From: an uncultured SAR86 cluster bacterium
GTDB lineage: Bacteria > Pseudomonadota > Gammaproteobacteria > Magnimaribacterales > D2472
Direction of reading: 5' to 3'
DNA: 64,000 nt
Assembly (NCBI GenBank): GCA_902631785.1
Contig: CACOZT010000004.1
Span: forward strand, 8,047-72,046
Shown: positions 19,055-30,551 of the stretch, in pieces
Numbering within the stretch: position 1 is the stretch's first letter
How the letters are laid out: each line of letters begins with the position of its first letter
Notes under the pieces: model-generated
Databases searched by the model: none
The model's input: only the letters and a program-made list of their open reading frames with translations
Told to the model about the DNA's origin: nothing
Translations under genes and position numbers: made by a program

Positions 19055-21628
19055 TTATTTAGCGAGGGATTTTACTGAATTTGGTATAGATGTCACGAAT
19101 TCTTTAGCTTTTTTAGATTCACCAGCTCCTTGAGCAAAGTCCGGACGACCTCCCCCCTTTCCATTTATTTGATTAGCTAACTCAGAGACAACGTCGTTGG
19201 CTGAGAGTTTATCAATTAAATTTTTTGTAACACCACAAACTAACGCAATCTTTTTATCATTCAATGAATATGCTATTGCACAAACCTTTTCATTGGTACT
19301 TTTATGCTGATCTACAATTTCTCTAAGACCTTTCGCATCTTCAATTTGGACCTCATCAATTATTAATTTCCAATCGTCAAATTCATGAACCTCTGAGGAC
19401 ACAATTTTTTGAACAGATTTATTACTTGAATTCTTTTTAAGGTTTTTATTCTCATCAATTAATGACTTAATTTTTTCATGCATTTCATCAACAGAAACAT
19501 TAAGAATACTTTGAATAGATGATTGAACTTCACGAATTTTGTTAACATATTCAACTGATTTTTTTCCACCTAATGCTTCTATTCTTCTTATTCCAGAAGC
19601 AACGCTTGATTGATTAGTAATGGCAAAAAGGCCTATGTCTCCAGTCCTAGAAACATGAGTGCCGCCGCAAAGTTCTACTGAATAGGAGTTTTCACCCATT
19701 GTTAGAACTCTTACATCATCGTCATATTTTTCTCCGAAGAGAGCCATAGCACCTGAATTCAATGCATCTTCTAGTTTCATGAGTTTAGTTTCTACTTCTA
19801 GATTTTTTAGAATTTCTCTATTAACAATTTCTTCAATTCGAGATATTTCTTCATTTGTTAAAGGCTTTGAATGAGAGAAATCAAATCTGAGTTTATTTTC
19901 ATCAACCAAAGATCCTTTTTGTTGAACATGATCTCCCAAAACCTCTCTCAGTGCAGCATGAACTAAATGAGTTGAGGAATGATGAATCGCGATTGCAGAT
20001 CTTTTTTCTTTTTCAACACTCATTTTTATAACATCACCAGTTTTAATTGTACCTTTTTTAAGTTTTATTTTATGAATAAATACTTTGCCTTGTCTTTTAC
20101 AGTCTAAAATATTACCAGTAGCTGATTCAGATGCAAATTGACCCTTATCACCCACTTGTCCACCAGCTTCTGCGTAAAATGGTGTTTGATCACATGCCAG
20201 AAAAATCTCTTCACCACCTTTAACTTGATTGACTCTTTCTTGGTTTTTCCATATTACGACTACCTTAGATTCTGATTCTAATTTTTCATAACCTAAAAAA
20301 TCTGTTGCCTCAATTCCGGAAGCTGCAGGAAGAGATGAAACAAAACTACTAGAAGCTTTTGATGTCTTTTTCTGAAGATCCATGCATTCATTAAATCTTT
20401 CTTCATCGATTGTAATATCTCGCTCTCTAGCTATATCAGCAGTTAAATCGAATGGAAAGCCGTATGTATCATGAAGTTTAAAAACAACATCGCCCGACAA
20501 AACCTTTCCTTTCATTTCTGACATTGCTTCATCAAGAATCTGAATACCCACTTCTAGAGTTTCAAAAAATTTAATTTCTTCGTTTTTTATAATCTTAACT
20601 ATCTCTTTTTGTTTAGTTTTTATATCGGGATAAGCCGAGCTCATTAGTTTTACTAAATCTTTAACTAAAAAGTGCATAAATGGCTCTTTTGCTCCAATCT
20701 TATATCCATGACGAATACCCCTTCTCATAATTCTTCTTAGAACATAGCCTCGACCTTCTTTTTCTGGAATAACTCCATCAAGAATTAGGAAAGCGCTAGA
20801 TCTAATATGATCAGAAATAACCTTATGAGATGTGCTGTTTTTATTTCCTAGAAGATTTTCGGATGCGAGAATTAAATCTTTAAAAACATCTGTTTCATAA
20901 TTTGAGTTAACTCCTTGAAGAACTGCTGCAATTCTTTCTAAGCCCATACCTGTATCAACAGATGGTTTTGGAAGAGGCTCCATTTTTCCACTTTCATCTT
21001 TATTGAACTGCATAAAAACAAGATTCCATATCTCAATAAATCTATCTCCCTCGTCACCTTTTGCTCCAGGTGGTGTTCCTTCAATATGATCTCCATGATC
21101 ATAAAATATCTCTGAACATGGTCCACAAGGACCTGTATCACCCATTGACCAAAAGTTATCCTCGTCTCCCAGTCTGGCAATTCTTTTTGGATCAATACCT
21201 ATTTTATTTTTCCAAATCTCTTCAGCCTCATCGTCGTTTTTATATACAGTTATCCAAAGTTTATCTTTATCTAATTTCAGCACCTCAGTTAGAAATTCCC
21301 ATGCAAAGCTAATCGCATCTTCTTTGAAATAATCACCAAAACTAAAATTACCTAACATTTCAAAAAAAGTATGATGCCTTAATGTGTATCCAACATTCTC
21401 CAAGTCATTGTGCTTTCCACCAGCTCTAATACATCTTTGAGATGTTGCAGCTCTTTTATAGTCTCTTATATCAGTGCCTAGAAAAATATCTTTAAATTGG
21501 ACCATTCCAGCATTTGTAAATAACAGTGTCTCGTCGTTATTTGGCACTAACGAACTGGAATTAACAATTTTGTGATTTTTTGAATTAAAAAAATCTAAGA
21601 AAGATTGTCTTATTTCACTAGTCTTCAT
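19055..21628 (-). CDS. alaS: Alanine--tRNA ligase
   Basis: LLFTNAGM, HHTFFEMLGNFSFGDYFK, DTGMGLER, ELCGGTH, GGGRPDFAQG. Confidence 0.98.
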   Translation of the reverse strand: MKTSEIRQSFLDFFNSKNHKIVNSSSLVPNNDETLLFTNAGMVQFKDIFLGTDIRDYKRAATSQRCIRAGGKHNDLENVGYTLRHHTFFEMLGNFSFGDYFKEDAISFAWEFLTEVLKLDKDKLWITVYKNDDEAEEIWKNKIGIDPKRIARLGDEDNFWSMGDTGPCGPCSEIFYDHGDHIEGTPPGAKGDEGDRFIEIWNLVFMQFNKDESGKMEPLPKPSVDTGMGLERIAAVLQGVNSNYETDVFKDLILASENLLGNKNSTSHKVISDHIRSSAFLILDGVIPEKEGRGYVLRRIMRRGIRHGYKIGAKEPFMHFLVKDLVKLMSSAYPDIKTKQKEIVKIIKNEEIKFFETLEVGIQILDEAMSEMKGKVLSGDVVFKLHDTYGFPFDLTADIARERDITIDEERFNECMDLQKKTSKASSSFVSSLPAASGIEATDFLGYEKLESESKVVVIWKNQERVNQVKGGEEIFLACDQTPFYAEAGGQVGDKGQFASESATGNILDCKRQGKVFIHKIKLKKGTIKTGDVIKMSVEKEKRSAIAIHHSSTHLVHAALREVLGDHVQQKGSLVDENKLRFDFSHSKPLTNEEISRIEEIVNREILKNLEVETKLMKLEDALNSGAMALFGEKYDDDVRVLTMGENSYSVELCGGTHVSRTGDIGLFAITNQSSVASGIRRIEALGGKKSVEYVNKIREVQSSIQSILNVSVDEMHEKIKSLIDENKNLKKNSSNKSVQKIVSSEVHEFDDWKLIIDEVQIEDAKGLREIVDQHKSTNEKVCAIAYSLNDKKIALVCGVTKNLIDKLSANDVVSELANQINGKGGGRPDFAQGAGESKKAKEFVTSIPNSVKSLAK

Positions 21629-21629
21629 A

Positions 21630-22148
21630 TCAGCTGCTTAATCGTTTGTATTTTTTATAATTTTCTATGTAATGATCTGCTCCAATAGATACAACGCTTT
21701 GCTCTTCTTCACTAAGAACTTTCTTAATTTTTCCTGGTATTCCTAAAACCATTGAGCCATCAGGAACTTCCATGCCCTCTGTAACAAGTGCTTTTGAGCC
21801 GATAATACAATTTTTGCCTATTTTTGCTCCATTAAGAACAACAGATCCTATACCAATTAAACTCCCGTCTCCTACAGTACATCCATGAAGCATTGCCATA
21901 TGACCAACTGTTACCTTTTTTCCAATTGAACAGGAAAATCCTGGATCAGTATGAATTATCGCACCATCTTGAACATTGGAACCCTCTCCAATGTGAATTG
22001 GTTCGTTATCAGCTCTTAAGACTGCATTAAACCAAATGCTTGCGTCTTTATCTAATATTACATTTCCAATAACCGTAGCATTGGGTGCAATCCAAAAATG
22101 TTCTCCATTTGTTTTAAGTTTTTTATCTTCTAAATCAATATTCATCAT
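21630..22148 (-). CDS. Gamma carbonic anhydrase family (hexapeptide repeat) protein
   Basis: SIWFNAVLRAD, SNVQDG, TVGHMAMLHGC. Confidence 0.92.
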   Translation of the reverse strand: MMNIDLEDKKLKTNGEHFWIAPNATVIGNVILDKDASIWFNAVLRADNEPIHIGEGSNVQDGAIIHTDPGFSCSIGKKVTVGHMAMLHGCTVGDGSLIGIGSVVLNGAKIGKNCIIGSKALVTEGMEVPDGSMVLGIPGKIKKVLSEEEQSVVSIGADHYIENYKKYKRLSS

Positions 22149-22731
22149 AAGCCCTTAAAAGATCTAAATCAGTATTGATTGATGCATCAAAACATATATT
22201 TAAAAAATCAGCTGTAATCATAGCTGTTAGTCCCCATATTTTGTTTCCATTATAAACCCAACTTGGTATATATACTTTCAAATCATTTCTTTTAAATTCC
22301 TTGTAACTTACGGTGTCCGGATTCATTAAGAAACTTACAGGAACTGAGAAAATTTCATCAATTTCATAGTTGCCTTCAAATTCTTGATTTTTAGTCAAAA
22401 AACCAACATAAGGATTAACTTCTATCTTATGTCTTGATAAAAGAAAGTTTAATGATCCTAACTTTTCAATATTAACTGTATCCAAATTTATTTCTTCGTT
22501 AGATTCTCGCAAAGCAGTTTCATATAGATTCTTGTCATGTTCTTCCCACTTGCCTCCAGGGAAGCTTACTTCACCAGAGTGCGTAGACAAATTTGACGAT
22601 CTTTTAGTAAATAAAATTTTGTAATCTTCATCGTTATCTTTATGAAGAATTATTAAAACACCAGCTTTTTTATAATTTGTCGCCTTTATTGGATTTATTT
22701 GTTTAAGTTTTTGCTTTATGCTGTCTAACAT
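22135..22731 (-). CDS. nudL: Nudix CoA pyrophosphatase (NudL-like)
   Basis: LFTKRSSNLSTHSGEVSFPGG, TALRESNEE, IWGLTA. Confidence 0.88.
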   Translation of the reverse strand: MLDSIKQKLKQINPIKATNYKKAGVLIILHKDNDEDYKILFTKRSSNLSTHSGEVSFPGGKWEEHDKNLYETALRESNEEINLDTVNIEKLGSLNFLLSRHKIEVNPYVGFLTKNQEFEGNYEIDEIFSVPVSFLMNPDTVSYKEFKRNDLKVYIPSWVYNGNKIWGLTAMITADFLNICFDASINTDLDLLRAYDEY

Positions 22732-22783
22732 ATAGATAAGTTTAACTTCTTACGTATCTATATTCTCTAAATAAGGAAGAAAA

Positions 22784-23320
22784 TTGAAATATTGTTCAAA
22801 TTGTGGAACTTCAAATATAGAATTCAAAATTCCAGAGCACGATAATATCAAGAGATATTGTTGTCCTGAGTGTGACACAATCTTTTATACAAATCCAAAC
22901 GTTGTAGTAGGTGCTCTATGTTTAAGAGATAGCAAAATATTAATGGCGAAAAGAAATATAAATCCCAGAAAAGATCTATGGACTTTGCCAGCAGGCTTCA
23001 TGGAAAATGCAGAAACATTACAAGAAGGAGCAATAAGAGAAACATTTGAAGAGACTGGATCAAAGGCAGAAGTAAAAATGGCATATACGATGTTTAGCTT
23101 GCCTCATATAAATCAAGTACATATGTTTTTCTTAGCTGATCTATTGGATGATAATTATGGGCCTACTTTTGAAAGCTCAGAGGTTAGGTTGTTTGAAATA
23201 GACGAAATTTTGTGGGATGAAATTGCATTTCCTACAGTTGAAAAAACTCTCAAGTACTATATTGAAGACCTTAAAGAAGGAAGTTTTAGTTTTAGAGAAA
23301 AAGATATTAAGTTGTGGTAA
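22784..23320 (+). CDS. Nudix hydrolase with N-terminal zinc ribbon
   Basis: CSNCG...CPEC, WTLPAGFME, RETFEE, WDEIAFP. Confidence 0.9.
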   Translation: MKYCSNCGTSNIEFKIPEHDNIKRYCCPECDTIFYTNPNVVVGALCLRDSKILMAKRNINPRKDLWTLPAGFMENAETLQEGAIRETFEETGSKAEVKMAYTMFSLPHINQVHMFFLADLLDDNYGPTFESSEVRLFEIDEILWDEIAFPTVEKTLKYYIEDLKEGSFSFREKDIKLW

Positions 23321-26300
23321 TCAGCTACTTTCGCTGAAGTTTTTTGCATTTACAAAAATCTGCATCCACGGAGAGAATTCATTCCAGTCACCTCTATGCC
23401 AACTCATTTGTACTTTTCTGAATACTCTCTCTGGATGAGGCATCATAATTGTAATCCTGCCATTTGATGCAGTTATGCCAGTAATGCCATTTGGCGATCC
23501 GTTTGGATTGATAGGATATTTTTCAGTCGATCTCTCTAAAGCGTCTACAAATTGCATAGCTATTTGATTGGATTTAACTAATTCCTCAAGATTGTTATCT
23601 TTAAAAACAGCTCTTCCCTCACCATGTGCTGATGCGACTGGTACCATCCAATCATCCATATCATTAAGCAACACAGATTCTGTTTTGAAAATTTTAACTT
23701 GGGCTAAGCGAGCTTCGAATTGATCAGATAAGTTTCTCTCAAAACTTGGCCAAAAATCTGCACCAGGAATAATATCTTTTAAATTAGATAACATTTGGCA
23801 GCCATTACATACACCCAGGGTAAATACACTCTCATTATGAAAAAATTCTTGAAACTGATCTTTAACAATATTGTTATACAAGATAGTCTTTGACCAACCG
23901 CCTCCAGCTCCTAGGACGTCACCATATGAAAAGCCTCCACATACTGCCATACCCTGGAAATCTTTTAGGTTTATATTTCCATCCAGGAGATCTTGCATAT
24001 GGACATCATGCGCATCAAAACCTGCCAATGTAAATGCTGCAGCCATTTCATTTTGACCATTTACTCCTTGTTCTCTTAAAACAGCTACTTTTGGTTTTGT
24101 CTTTTTGGTATTAAAAGTTTCTAATTGAGACTCATCAAAGCAAATATTAGCTTTAAGGCCATCAAAGCTATTGTCATCAAGCAAGCTTAGTTCTGAATCG
24201 GCGATTGCTTTGTTATCACGAATAGACTGAATTGCATGAGAAGTTTCTCTCCAAAATTTTTCAAGATCAATAACTGATTCACAATAGACTTCAGAATTAT
24301 CATTAAAGATAGAAAAATTTTTGTCTTGAATCTCAGCAATATTCCTTACAAATATTTCATTGCTTTCAAACATTTTTACAATTTCATCTGTGTAATTTTT
24401 TTCAATTTGAATGACATAACCAATTTCTTCAGAAAACATCATTTGGTTCAAATTAGATACTTTTTCTAGATTAACCCTCATCCCAACTTTTTTAGTGAAA
24501 CACATCTCCAACAAAGTTGTAACCAAGCCTCCATCCGATATGTCATGCATTGCCAATATTTTTTTATTTTTTACAAGATCTTGAACTGTTGAGAACATCT
24601 TATTAAATTTACTAACATCATCAATGTCGGGTGTACTTTGATATTTAGATTGAGTTACTTCTGAAAAGATTGATCCGGCTAATCTAAAATTATCGTCAAG
24701 TTTAATTAAAAGAATAGATGTATTTTTTTCTAAATCTAGTTCTGGCGTAACTGCATCTAATACATCTTCGACTGGTGCCATTGCCGTTACAATTCCTGAC
24801 AATGGACTTGATACCTCATAGTCAGTGTTATTGTCTGTCCATTTTGTTCGCATTGATAAAGAGTCTTTTCCAACCGGTATGGAGACTTTTAAATCAACAG
24901 CAATTTTTGATAAGGCTTCAACTCCTGATCTAAGAGCTAAATTATCGGAATTTTCTCCACAAGCTGCCATCCAATTTGCAGATACTTGAACATTATTCAA
25001 TCCAGTTATGACAACACCTGACATATTCGTTAATGCTTCGCCTAGAGCCATTCTCATTGAGGCAGCTGGATTTGTTAAGGCCAAAGTAGGTTTTTCACCT
25101 ATAGTTACAACCTCACCTTCATTTGATGTAAAAGATCTTAAGCTCATAGAGTAATCAGAAACTGGAACTTGATATGGTCCTACAAACTGATCTCTTGCAA
25201 CCATGCCACTTACTGTTCTATCACCAATAGTTATAAGAAAAGATTTTGAAGAAACAGTCGGATGCCGAAGGACCTTTTCAATCGCACTTTCAAGTCCTAT
25301 TTGCTCAGCATTATGATCGCTAACTAGTGTCTTATCCTCCTCTGATACTTCCATTTCTGTGATTGGTAGATCTCCAAATAACATTGATAAGGGAACATCA
25401 ACTGGATAATTATTATTGTCTTCATCAAATAACTTTACCGACATCTCTTTTGTTGTATTTCCAACAATGGCGTACTCACATCTCTCTCTTTTACATATTT
25501 TCTCAAATAACTCTCTATTAGATTTATTAATTGCTAATACATACCTTTCTTGGGATTCATTAGACCAAATTTCCATAGGGGACATTGATTTGTCTGAATT
25601 TGGTATCTTTGATAGCTCTATATAGACACCTAAATTAGAGTCTTTGGCAAGTTCTGGTATTGCATTTGAAAGTCCCCCAGCGCCTACATCATGAATAAAC
25701 TCTATTAAACTATTTTCTTGTGATGAACATCTATTAATGACCTCCTGACATCTTCTTTCCATTTCAGCGTTGTCTCTTTGCACTGATGCAAAATCTAAGT
25801 CTTCATCACTGTCTCCAGATGAGACTGAGGATGCAGCACCTCCTCCAAGCCCAATTAACATTGCTGGACCACCCAAAACAACAACCAGATAATCTTCTTC
25901 AATTTGTAATTTAAAGTTATTTTTATCTCGAACTTCTCCAATTCCTCCTGCCAACATTATTGGTTTGTGATAGCCAAAAGCTTTGTTGTTTTCAAAGTCT
26001 GTTTCAAAACATCTGAAATAACCAAGAGTTGCTGGCCTCCCAAATTCGTTGTTAAAGGCTGCAGCTCCGATCGGTGCCTCAATCATTATCTCTAGTGGTG
26101 ACGCAATTCTAGAAGGTTTGTTTTCATCTTTTTCCCAACTTCTAATAAGGTTTGGAATTCTTAAATTTGAAACGTTATAGCCTACTAAGCCAATTTTTGG
26201 TTTAGCGCCTCTTCCAGTTGCGCCTTCATCTCTTATTTCCCCACCTGAACCTGTTGATGCTCCAGGATAAGGTGATATTGCTGTTGGGTGATTATGAGTT

Positions 26301-27160
26301 TCAACTTTTATAGTTGAGTTTAATTTATCCTCTACAAATCCATATTCATTTGAATCACTTAAATGCAATCTTTCAACTTTAGAACCTTTGATGATTGCTG
26401 CATTATCTTTATAGGCTGAAATGATCCCATCTGGAGATGACTTGCTAGTTTCTTTAATTAAATCAAATAAAGTATTATTTTTCTTAGCTCCATTAATATT
26501 CCATTTTGCATTAAATATTTTATGTCTACAGTGCTCAGAATTAGCCTGAGCAAACATCATAAGTTCAGCATCAGTAGGATTTCTGTTTTCATTTGAGTAA
26601 AAGTCATACAAATAATCTATTTCTTGATCACTCATTGCAAAACCAAACGATTTATTTGCTTGCTCCAATTCTGATTTGCCTTTCTTTATAATATCTATGT
26701 GATTTAAAGTTCTTGAACTATCTGATTTGAACAAATCCTTGAAATCATTTTGATTAAAATATAAGGATTGTGTCATTCGATCATAAAACATCGAAAGGTC
26801 TAAAGTGCTTAAATCTATATCATTTTCAATTATAAATCCGTTCAGTTTTTCTACCCTCAAAACATCATTGAATCCTACATTTTTTATAATGTCCTCCGTT
26901 TTAGATGACCAAGGTGAAATCGTTCCTAATCTTGGTCCTACGTAAAATGAAAATTCTATGTCATTTTCTTCAGCTGACAGGATGTCTTTTAATCCCTCTT
27001 GATTGGATGTTTCAGATACAGATTGGATTAAATAAATCTCATTTGATGATATTTTTGTATCGAATTTATTAAGTTTTGAAAATTGACTCTCAATCTGATC
27101 AAGTTTTGAGCTTGAAAAACTTTGTTTGCCTTTAAATATAAAGTTTTTAGTCTTTGACAC
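23321..27160 (-). CDS. purL: Phosphoribosylformylglycinamidine synthase (large fused type)
   Basis: NSEHCRHKIF, KVETHNHPT, HDVGAGG, GGFSYGD, GVCNGCQ, MPHPER. Confidence 0.98.
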   Translation of the reverse strand: MSKTKNFIFKGKQSFSSSKLDQIESQFSKLNKFDTKISSNEIYLIQSVSETSNQEGLKDILSAEENDIEFSFYVGPRLGTISPWSSKTEDIIKNVGFNDVLRVEKLNGFIIENDIDLSTLDLSMFYDRMTQSLYFNQNDFKDLFKSDSSRTLNHIDIIKKGKSELEQANKSFGFAMSDQEIDYLYDFYSNENRNPTDAELMMFAQANSEHCRHKIFNAKWNINGAKKNNTLFDLIKETSKSSPDGIISAYKDNAAIIKGSKVERLHLSDSNEYGFVEDKLNSTIKVETHNHPTAISPYPGASTGSGGEIRDEGATGRGAKPKIGLVGYNVSNLRIPNLIRSWEKDENKPSRIASPLEIMIEAPIGAAAFNNEFGRPATLGYFRCFETDFENNKAFGYHKPIMLAGGIGEVRDKNNFKLQIEEDYLVVVLGGPAMLIGLGGGAASSVSSGDSDEDLDFASVQRDNAEMERRCQEVINRCSSQENSLIEFIHDVGAGGLSNAIPELAKDSNLGVYIELSKIPNSDKSMSPMEIWSNESQERYVLAINKSNRELFEKICKRERCEYAIVGNTTKEMSVKLFDEDNNNYPVDVPLSMLFGDLPITEMEVSEEDKTLVSDHNAEQIGLESAIEKVLRHPTVSSKSFLITIGDRTVSGMVARDQFVGPYQVPVSDYSMSLRSFTSNEGEVVTIGEKPTLALTNPAASMRMALGEALTNMSGVVITGLNNVQVSANWMAACGENSDNLALRSGVEALSKIAVDLKVSIPVGKDSLSMRTKWTDNNTDYEVSSPLSGIVTAMAPVEDVLDAVTPELDLEKNTSILLIKLDDNFRLAGSIFSEVTQSKYQSTPDIDDVSKFNKMFSTVQDLVKNKKILAMHDISDGGLVTTLLEMCFTKKVGMRVNLEKVSNLNQMMFSEEIGYVIQIEKNYTDEIVKMFESNEIFVRNIAEIQDKNFSIFNDNSEVYCESVIDLEKFWRETSHAIQSIRDNKAIADSELSLLDDNSFDGLKANICFDESQLETFNTKKTKPKVAVLREQGVNGQNEMAAAFTLAGFDAHDVHMQDLLDGNINLKDFQGMAVCGGFSYGDVLGAGGGWSKTILYNNIVKDQFQEFFHNESVFTLGVCNGCQMLSNLKDIIPGADFWPSFERNLSDQFEARLAQVKIFKTESVLLNDMDDWMVPVASAHGEGRAVFKDNNLEELVKSNQIAMQFVDALERSTEKYPINPNGSPNGITGITASNGRITIMMPHPERVFRKVQMSWHRGDWNEFSPWMQIFVNAKNFSESS

Positions 27161-27228
27161 TTCTTTAAGTCTGAAATATTGTATATAGCATAATAATTAT
27201 AAAGTCTTTATGAATTAAATAATTAAAA

Positions 27229-27942
27229 ATGGGGAATATCTTTAGATTTTTTTTATTTTCAGTTTTTGCCGTGATTATGGTTGGATGCTCATCAGCAAAA
27301 AATGAAATGACCTGCGAAGAAATTTTAGATCTTGCCTACAAGGATTCATCATTAAATAATTTTGAAAAAAATAAATTTAAAGATCTGTTGTCCAATCGAT
27401 ATCCAAAATATGATGAAATGTTTAATGATGCTTCTATAGAAACTAATATTGAAAAAAATCTTTTAGCTGCCATTTCATTTCAAGAATCACAATGGGATCC
27501 AAGAGCAAAATCCAGTATGGGTGTTAGGGGTATGATGATGGTAACTTTAGAAACTGCCGCCTTGGTTGGTGTTGAAAAGAGATTGAATCCCGAGCAAAAC
27601 ATAAAAGGTGGTGCAAGATATTTTGCAATCCTTCAAGACAAAAATAAAATTGGTCCAAGTGAAGCTGATCAATTATCCATAGTATTAGCAAGCTACAATC
27701 TGGGACCAACTAACATTATCAACATTGCTAATCATATAGATACTAATGTTGAAAATGTTACATGGATAAAACTTAGAGACAGATTAAAAGAAACAAAGAA
27801 TGAAGAGTTTAATATGATGGATGGTGATTCATACTCAAGAGCTCAACAGGCAATTAATTATGTCGATAGAGTTAAAGACTACTATAGATTGATGAGTGCA
27901 CATACCTGTGTACAACCTAAAGATCAATTAATTTTCTTTTAA
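27229..27942 (+). CDS. Lipoprotein with MltF-type lytic transglycosylase (SLT) domain only
   Basis: Lipobox MVGC; [27 protein letters not shown]; divergent from purL like mltF. Confidence 0.82.
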   Translation: MGNIFRFFLFSVFAVIMVGCSSAKNEMTCEEILDLAYKDSSLNNFEKNKFKDLLSNRYPKYDEMFNDASIETNIEKNLLAAISFQESQWDPRAKSSMGVRGMMMVTLETAALVGVEKRLNPEQNIKGGARYFAILQDKNKIGPSEADQLSIVLASYNLGPTNIINIANHIDTNVENVTWIKLRDRLKETKNEEFNMMDGDSYSRAQQAINYVDRVKDYYRLMSAHTCVQPKDQLIFF

Positions 27943-29926
27943 GTGAGGTAATTTTATCTCTACAAACAGCTGCTTTCTCAAATTCCATTTTTTTAGCTAA
28001 AGCAAACATCTCATCCTCAAGTTTTTGCAAAGTATCAGTAATATTTTCAACGGTATCATCTTTAATCTTAAAAGTAACAATCTTATCAATGTCTTCTTTT
28101 TTCTTTTTAGTGTTTCCTTTTATAACTCTTGCACCTTCCATAATATCTTTTACTTTTGTTGAAATAGATTTTGGCGTTATGTTATTTTTATTATTGAACT
28201 CCTCTTGAATAGATCTTCTTCTATCTGTTTCATCAATTGCTCTTTGCATTGATCCAGTAACTTTGTCTGCATATAAAATAGCCTTACCCCTCAAATTTCT
28301 TGCTGCTCTTCCTATCGTTTGAATCAAGGTAGTATCAGATCTCAAAAATCCCTCTTTATCAGCATCTAAAACTGCAACTAGACTTACCTCAGGAATATCT
28401 AAGCCCTCTCTTAATAAATTAATACCAACGAGAACATCAAATTTACCTAGTCTAAGATCCCTTATAATTTCAACACGCTCTACTGTATCTATATCAGAGT
28501 GCATGTATCTTGCAGAAATATTATTTTCATTTAAATAATCTGTTAAATCTTCTGCCATTCTTTTTGTAAGGGTGGTTACCAATACTCTTTCTTTCATTGC
28601 AACCCTATCGTTACATTCTCCTATAACATCATCAATTTGCGTTGATGCAGGCCTTATTTCAACTTCAGGATCGGTTAAGCCGGTTGGTCTCACCAGTAAT
28701 TCGACTAAATTGTCTTGTTTTTCATTTTCATACTTACTAGGCGTCGCTGAAACATATATTCTTTGTGGTGCTAACATTTCCCATTCTTCAAATTTCAATG
28801 GTCTATTATCTAAAGCTGATGGAAGCCTAAAGCCATATTCAACTAAAGTTTCTTTCCTAGATCTATCGCCTTTATACATTGCTCCAATTTGAGGAACAGA
28901 AACATGAGACTCATCAATAAAAACAATTGCATCTTTAGGAATATAATCAAATAAGCATGGTGGTGACTCTCCTGCTTTTCTTCCACTTAAATATCGTGAG
29001 TAGTTCTCAATACCCTGACAATAACCAAGCTCACGCATCATCTCAATATCATAATTCGTTCTCTCTTCTAGCCTTTGAGCTTCTACAAGTTTATTGTTAT
29101 CTCTAAGAAAGCCTAGCCGAGTTTTTAATTCCTCTTTAATGTCAGGAATACAATTAGTGACCGTATCTTTTGGAGTAACGTAGTGAGTTTTAGGAAAGAT
29201 AGTCACTCTAGGTATCTCACTAATAATTACTCCTGTTAGAGGATCAAACCAAGATAATTTTTCGATTTCATCACCAAAAAATTCAATTCTAAGTGCGTCT
29301 TTATCTGAATCAGCAGGATAAACATCAACAGTATCTCCTCTTACCCTAAATGTAGCTCTTCTAAAATCTAAATCATTTCTGGTATATTGCAGAGCAGACA
29401 ATCTTAGCACTAGGTCTCGTTTAGATATCATATCTCCTCTATCTAAATGAACTACCATTTTTAAATAAGATTCAGGTGCTCCTAAACCATAAATTGATGA
29501 AACAGTTGCGACCACAATTGTATCCTTTCTTTCAATCAAGGCCTTGGTTGCTGAAAGCCTCATTTGTTCAATATGCTCGTTTATAGAAGCATCTTTAGCA
29601 ATATAAGTATCAGATGTTGGGACATATGCCTCTGGCTGATAATAATCATAATAAGATACAAAGTACTCGACAGAATTACTAGGAAAAAAGTCTCTAAACT
29701 CACCATATAGTTGTGCTGCGAGTGTTTTATTATGTGCCATAATTATTGCTGGTCTTTGCGTTTCCTCAATGACTTTTGCCATGGTGTAGGTTTTTCCAGA
29801 TCCAGTAACGCCCAATAAAGTCTGATGTAGCAATCCATCTTCTAGCCCAGATACCAAATTATCAATTGCTTCAGGCTGAGAGCCTGCCGGCTCAAAATCG
29901 GATTCTACCTTTAATGCTTTTGTCAT
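27917..29926 (-). CDS. uvrB: Excinuclease ABC subunit B
   Basis: [39 protein letters not shown]-terminal UVR domain. Confidence 0.98.
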   Translation of the reverse strand: MTKALKVESDFEPAGSQPEAIDNLVSGLEDGLLHQTLLGVTGSGKTYTMAKVIEETQRPAIIMAHNKTLAAQLYGEFRDFFPSNSVEYFVSYYDYYQPEAYVPTSDTYIAKDASINEHIEQMRLSATKALIERKDTIVVATVSSIYGLGAPESYLKMVVHLDRGDMISKRDLVLRLSALQYTRNDLDFRRATFRVRGDTVDVYPADSDKDALRIEFFGDEIEKLSWFDPLTGVIISEIPRVTIFPKTHYVTPKDTVTNCIPDIKEELKTRLGFLRDNNKLVEAQRLEERTNYDIEMMRELGYCQGIENYSRYLSGRKAGESPPCLFDYIPKDAIVFIDESHVSVPQIGAMYKGDRSRKETLVEYGFRLPSALDNRPLKFEEWEMLAPQRIYVSATPSKYENEKQDNLVELLVRPTGLTDPEVEIRPASTQIDDVIGECNDRVAMKERVLVTTLTKRMAEDLTDYLNENNISARYMHSDIDTVERVEIIRDLRLGKFDVLVGINLLREGLDIPEVSLVAVLDADKEGFLRSDTTLIQTIGRAARNLRGKAILYADKVTGSMQRAIDETDRRRSIQEEFNNKNNITPKSISTKVKDIMEGARVIKGNTKKKKEDIDKIVTFKIKDDTVENITDTLQKLEDEMFALAKKMEFEKAAVCRDKITSLKRKLIDL

Positions 29927-29971
29927 TTACTTATATATAAAAAATTACTTATAATGCTCTGCTATTAGCGT

Positions 29972-30046
29972 TCCTCAGTAGCTCAGCGGTAGAGCAGTTG
30001 ACTGTTAATCAATTGGTCGTTGGTTCGATCCCAACCTGAGGAGCCA
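29972..30046 (+). tRNA. tRNA-Asn(GTT)
   Basis: TCCTCAG/CTGAGGA acceptor stem, anticodon loop CTGTTAA, GGTTCGATCC, CCA; TATAAT at 29950. Confidence 0.97.
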
Positions 30047-30073
30047 TTTTACATTTATTCTAAAAAGTTTCAT

Positions 30074-30490
30074 TCAAGAATTCAAAATAAAAAACTTTTT
30101 TAATAGTTTAAAAATGTTCTCTCTTGTTTTTAAAAAAGCGTTTCTCGATTGCAAATCATTTAATTGATCATTGTCTGGATCTTCATTTGGCCAGTGAAGC
30201 ATCTCAGTATTATTAGGCAATACTGGACAGACCTCCTCTGAGCAAAGGGTAATTACATAATCTAATTCATTCATAAAATCATCATCCAAATCTTTAATTG
30301 ATTTAGTTTTATGAGATGAAATGTCAATTCCGATTTCACTCATAACCTTTACAGCATCCTTATGGACGATCTTGGCAGGCTTTGAACCTGCACTTCTAAT
30401 ATCAAATGATTTTGGCAACATATCTCTTGCTAAACCTTCAGCGATTTGGCTTCTTCCAGAATTGCCAACACATAGAAACAAAATATTCAT
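30074..30490 (-). CDS. arsC: Arsenate reductase ArsC (thioredoxin-coupled, LMW-PTP fold)
   Basis: Start reassigned to ATG 30490; MNILFLCVGNSGRSQ P-loop, SAGSKP, VITLC...CP, HW..EDP. Confidence 0.85.
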   Translation of the reverse strand: MNILFLCVGNSGRSQIAEGLARDMLPKSFDIRSAGSKPAKIVHKDAVKVMSEIGIDISSHKTKSIKDLDDDFMNELDYVITLCSEEVCPVLPNNTEMLHWPNEDPDNDQLNDLQSRNAFLKTRENIFKLLKKFFILNS

Positions 30491-30551
30491 ATCAAAATTG
30501 TAGATTTGAAGATATAAGGTTATCTTATATCTTTTATACATAATATTAAAA

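Noticed and set aside
16353-30046. tRNA-anchored integrative element or prophage
   Set aside because: No integrase and no duplicated tRNA 3' end seen; flanking genes are housekeeping
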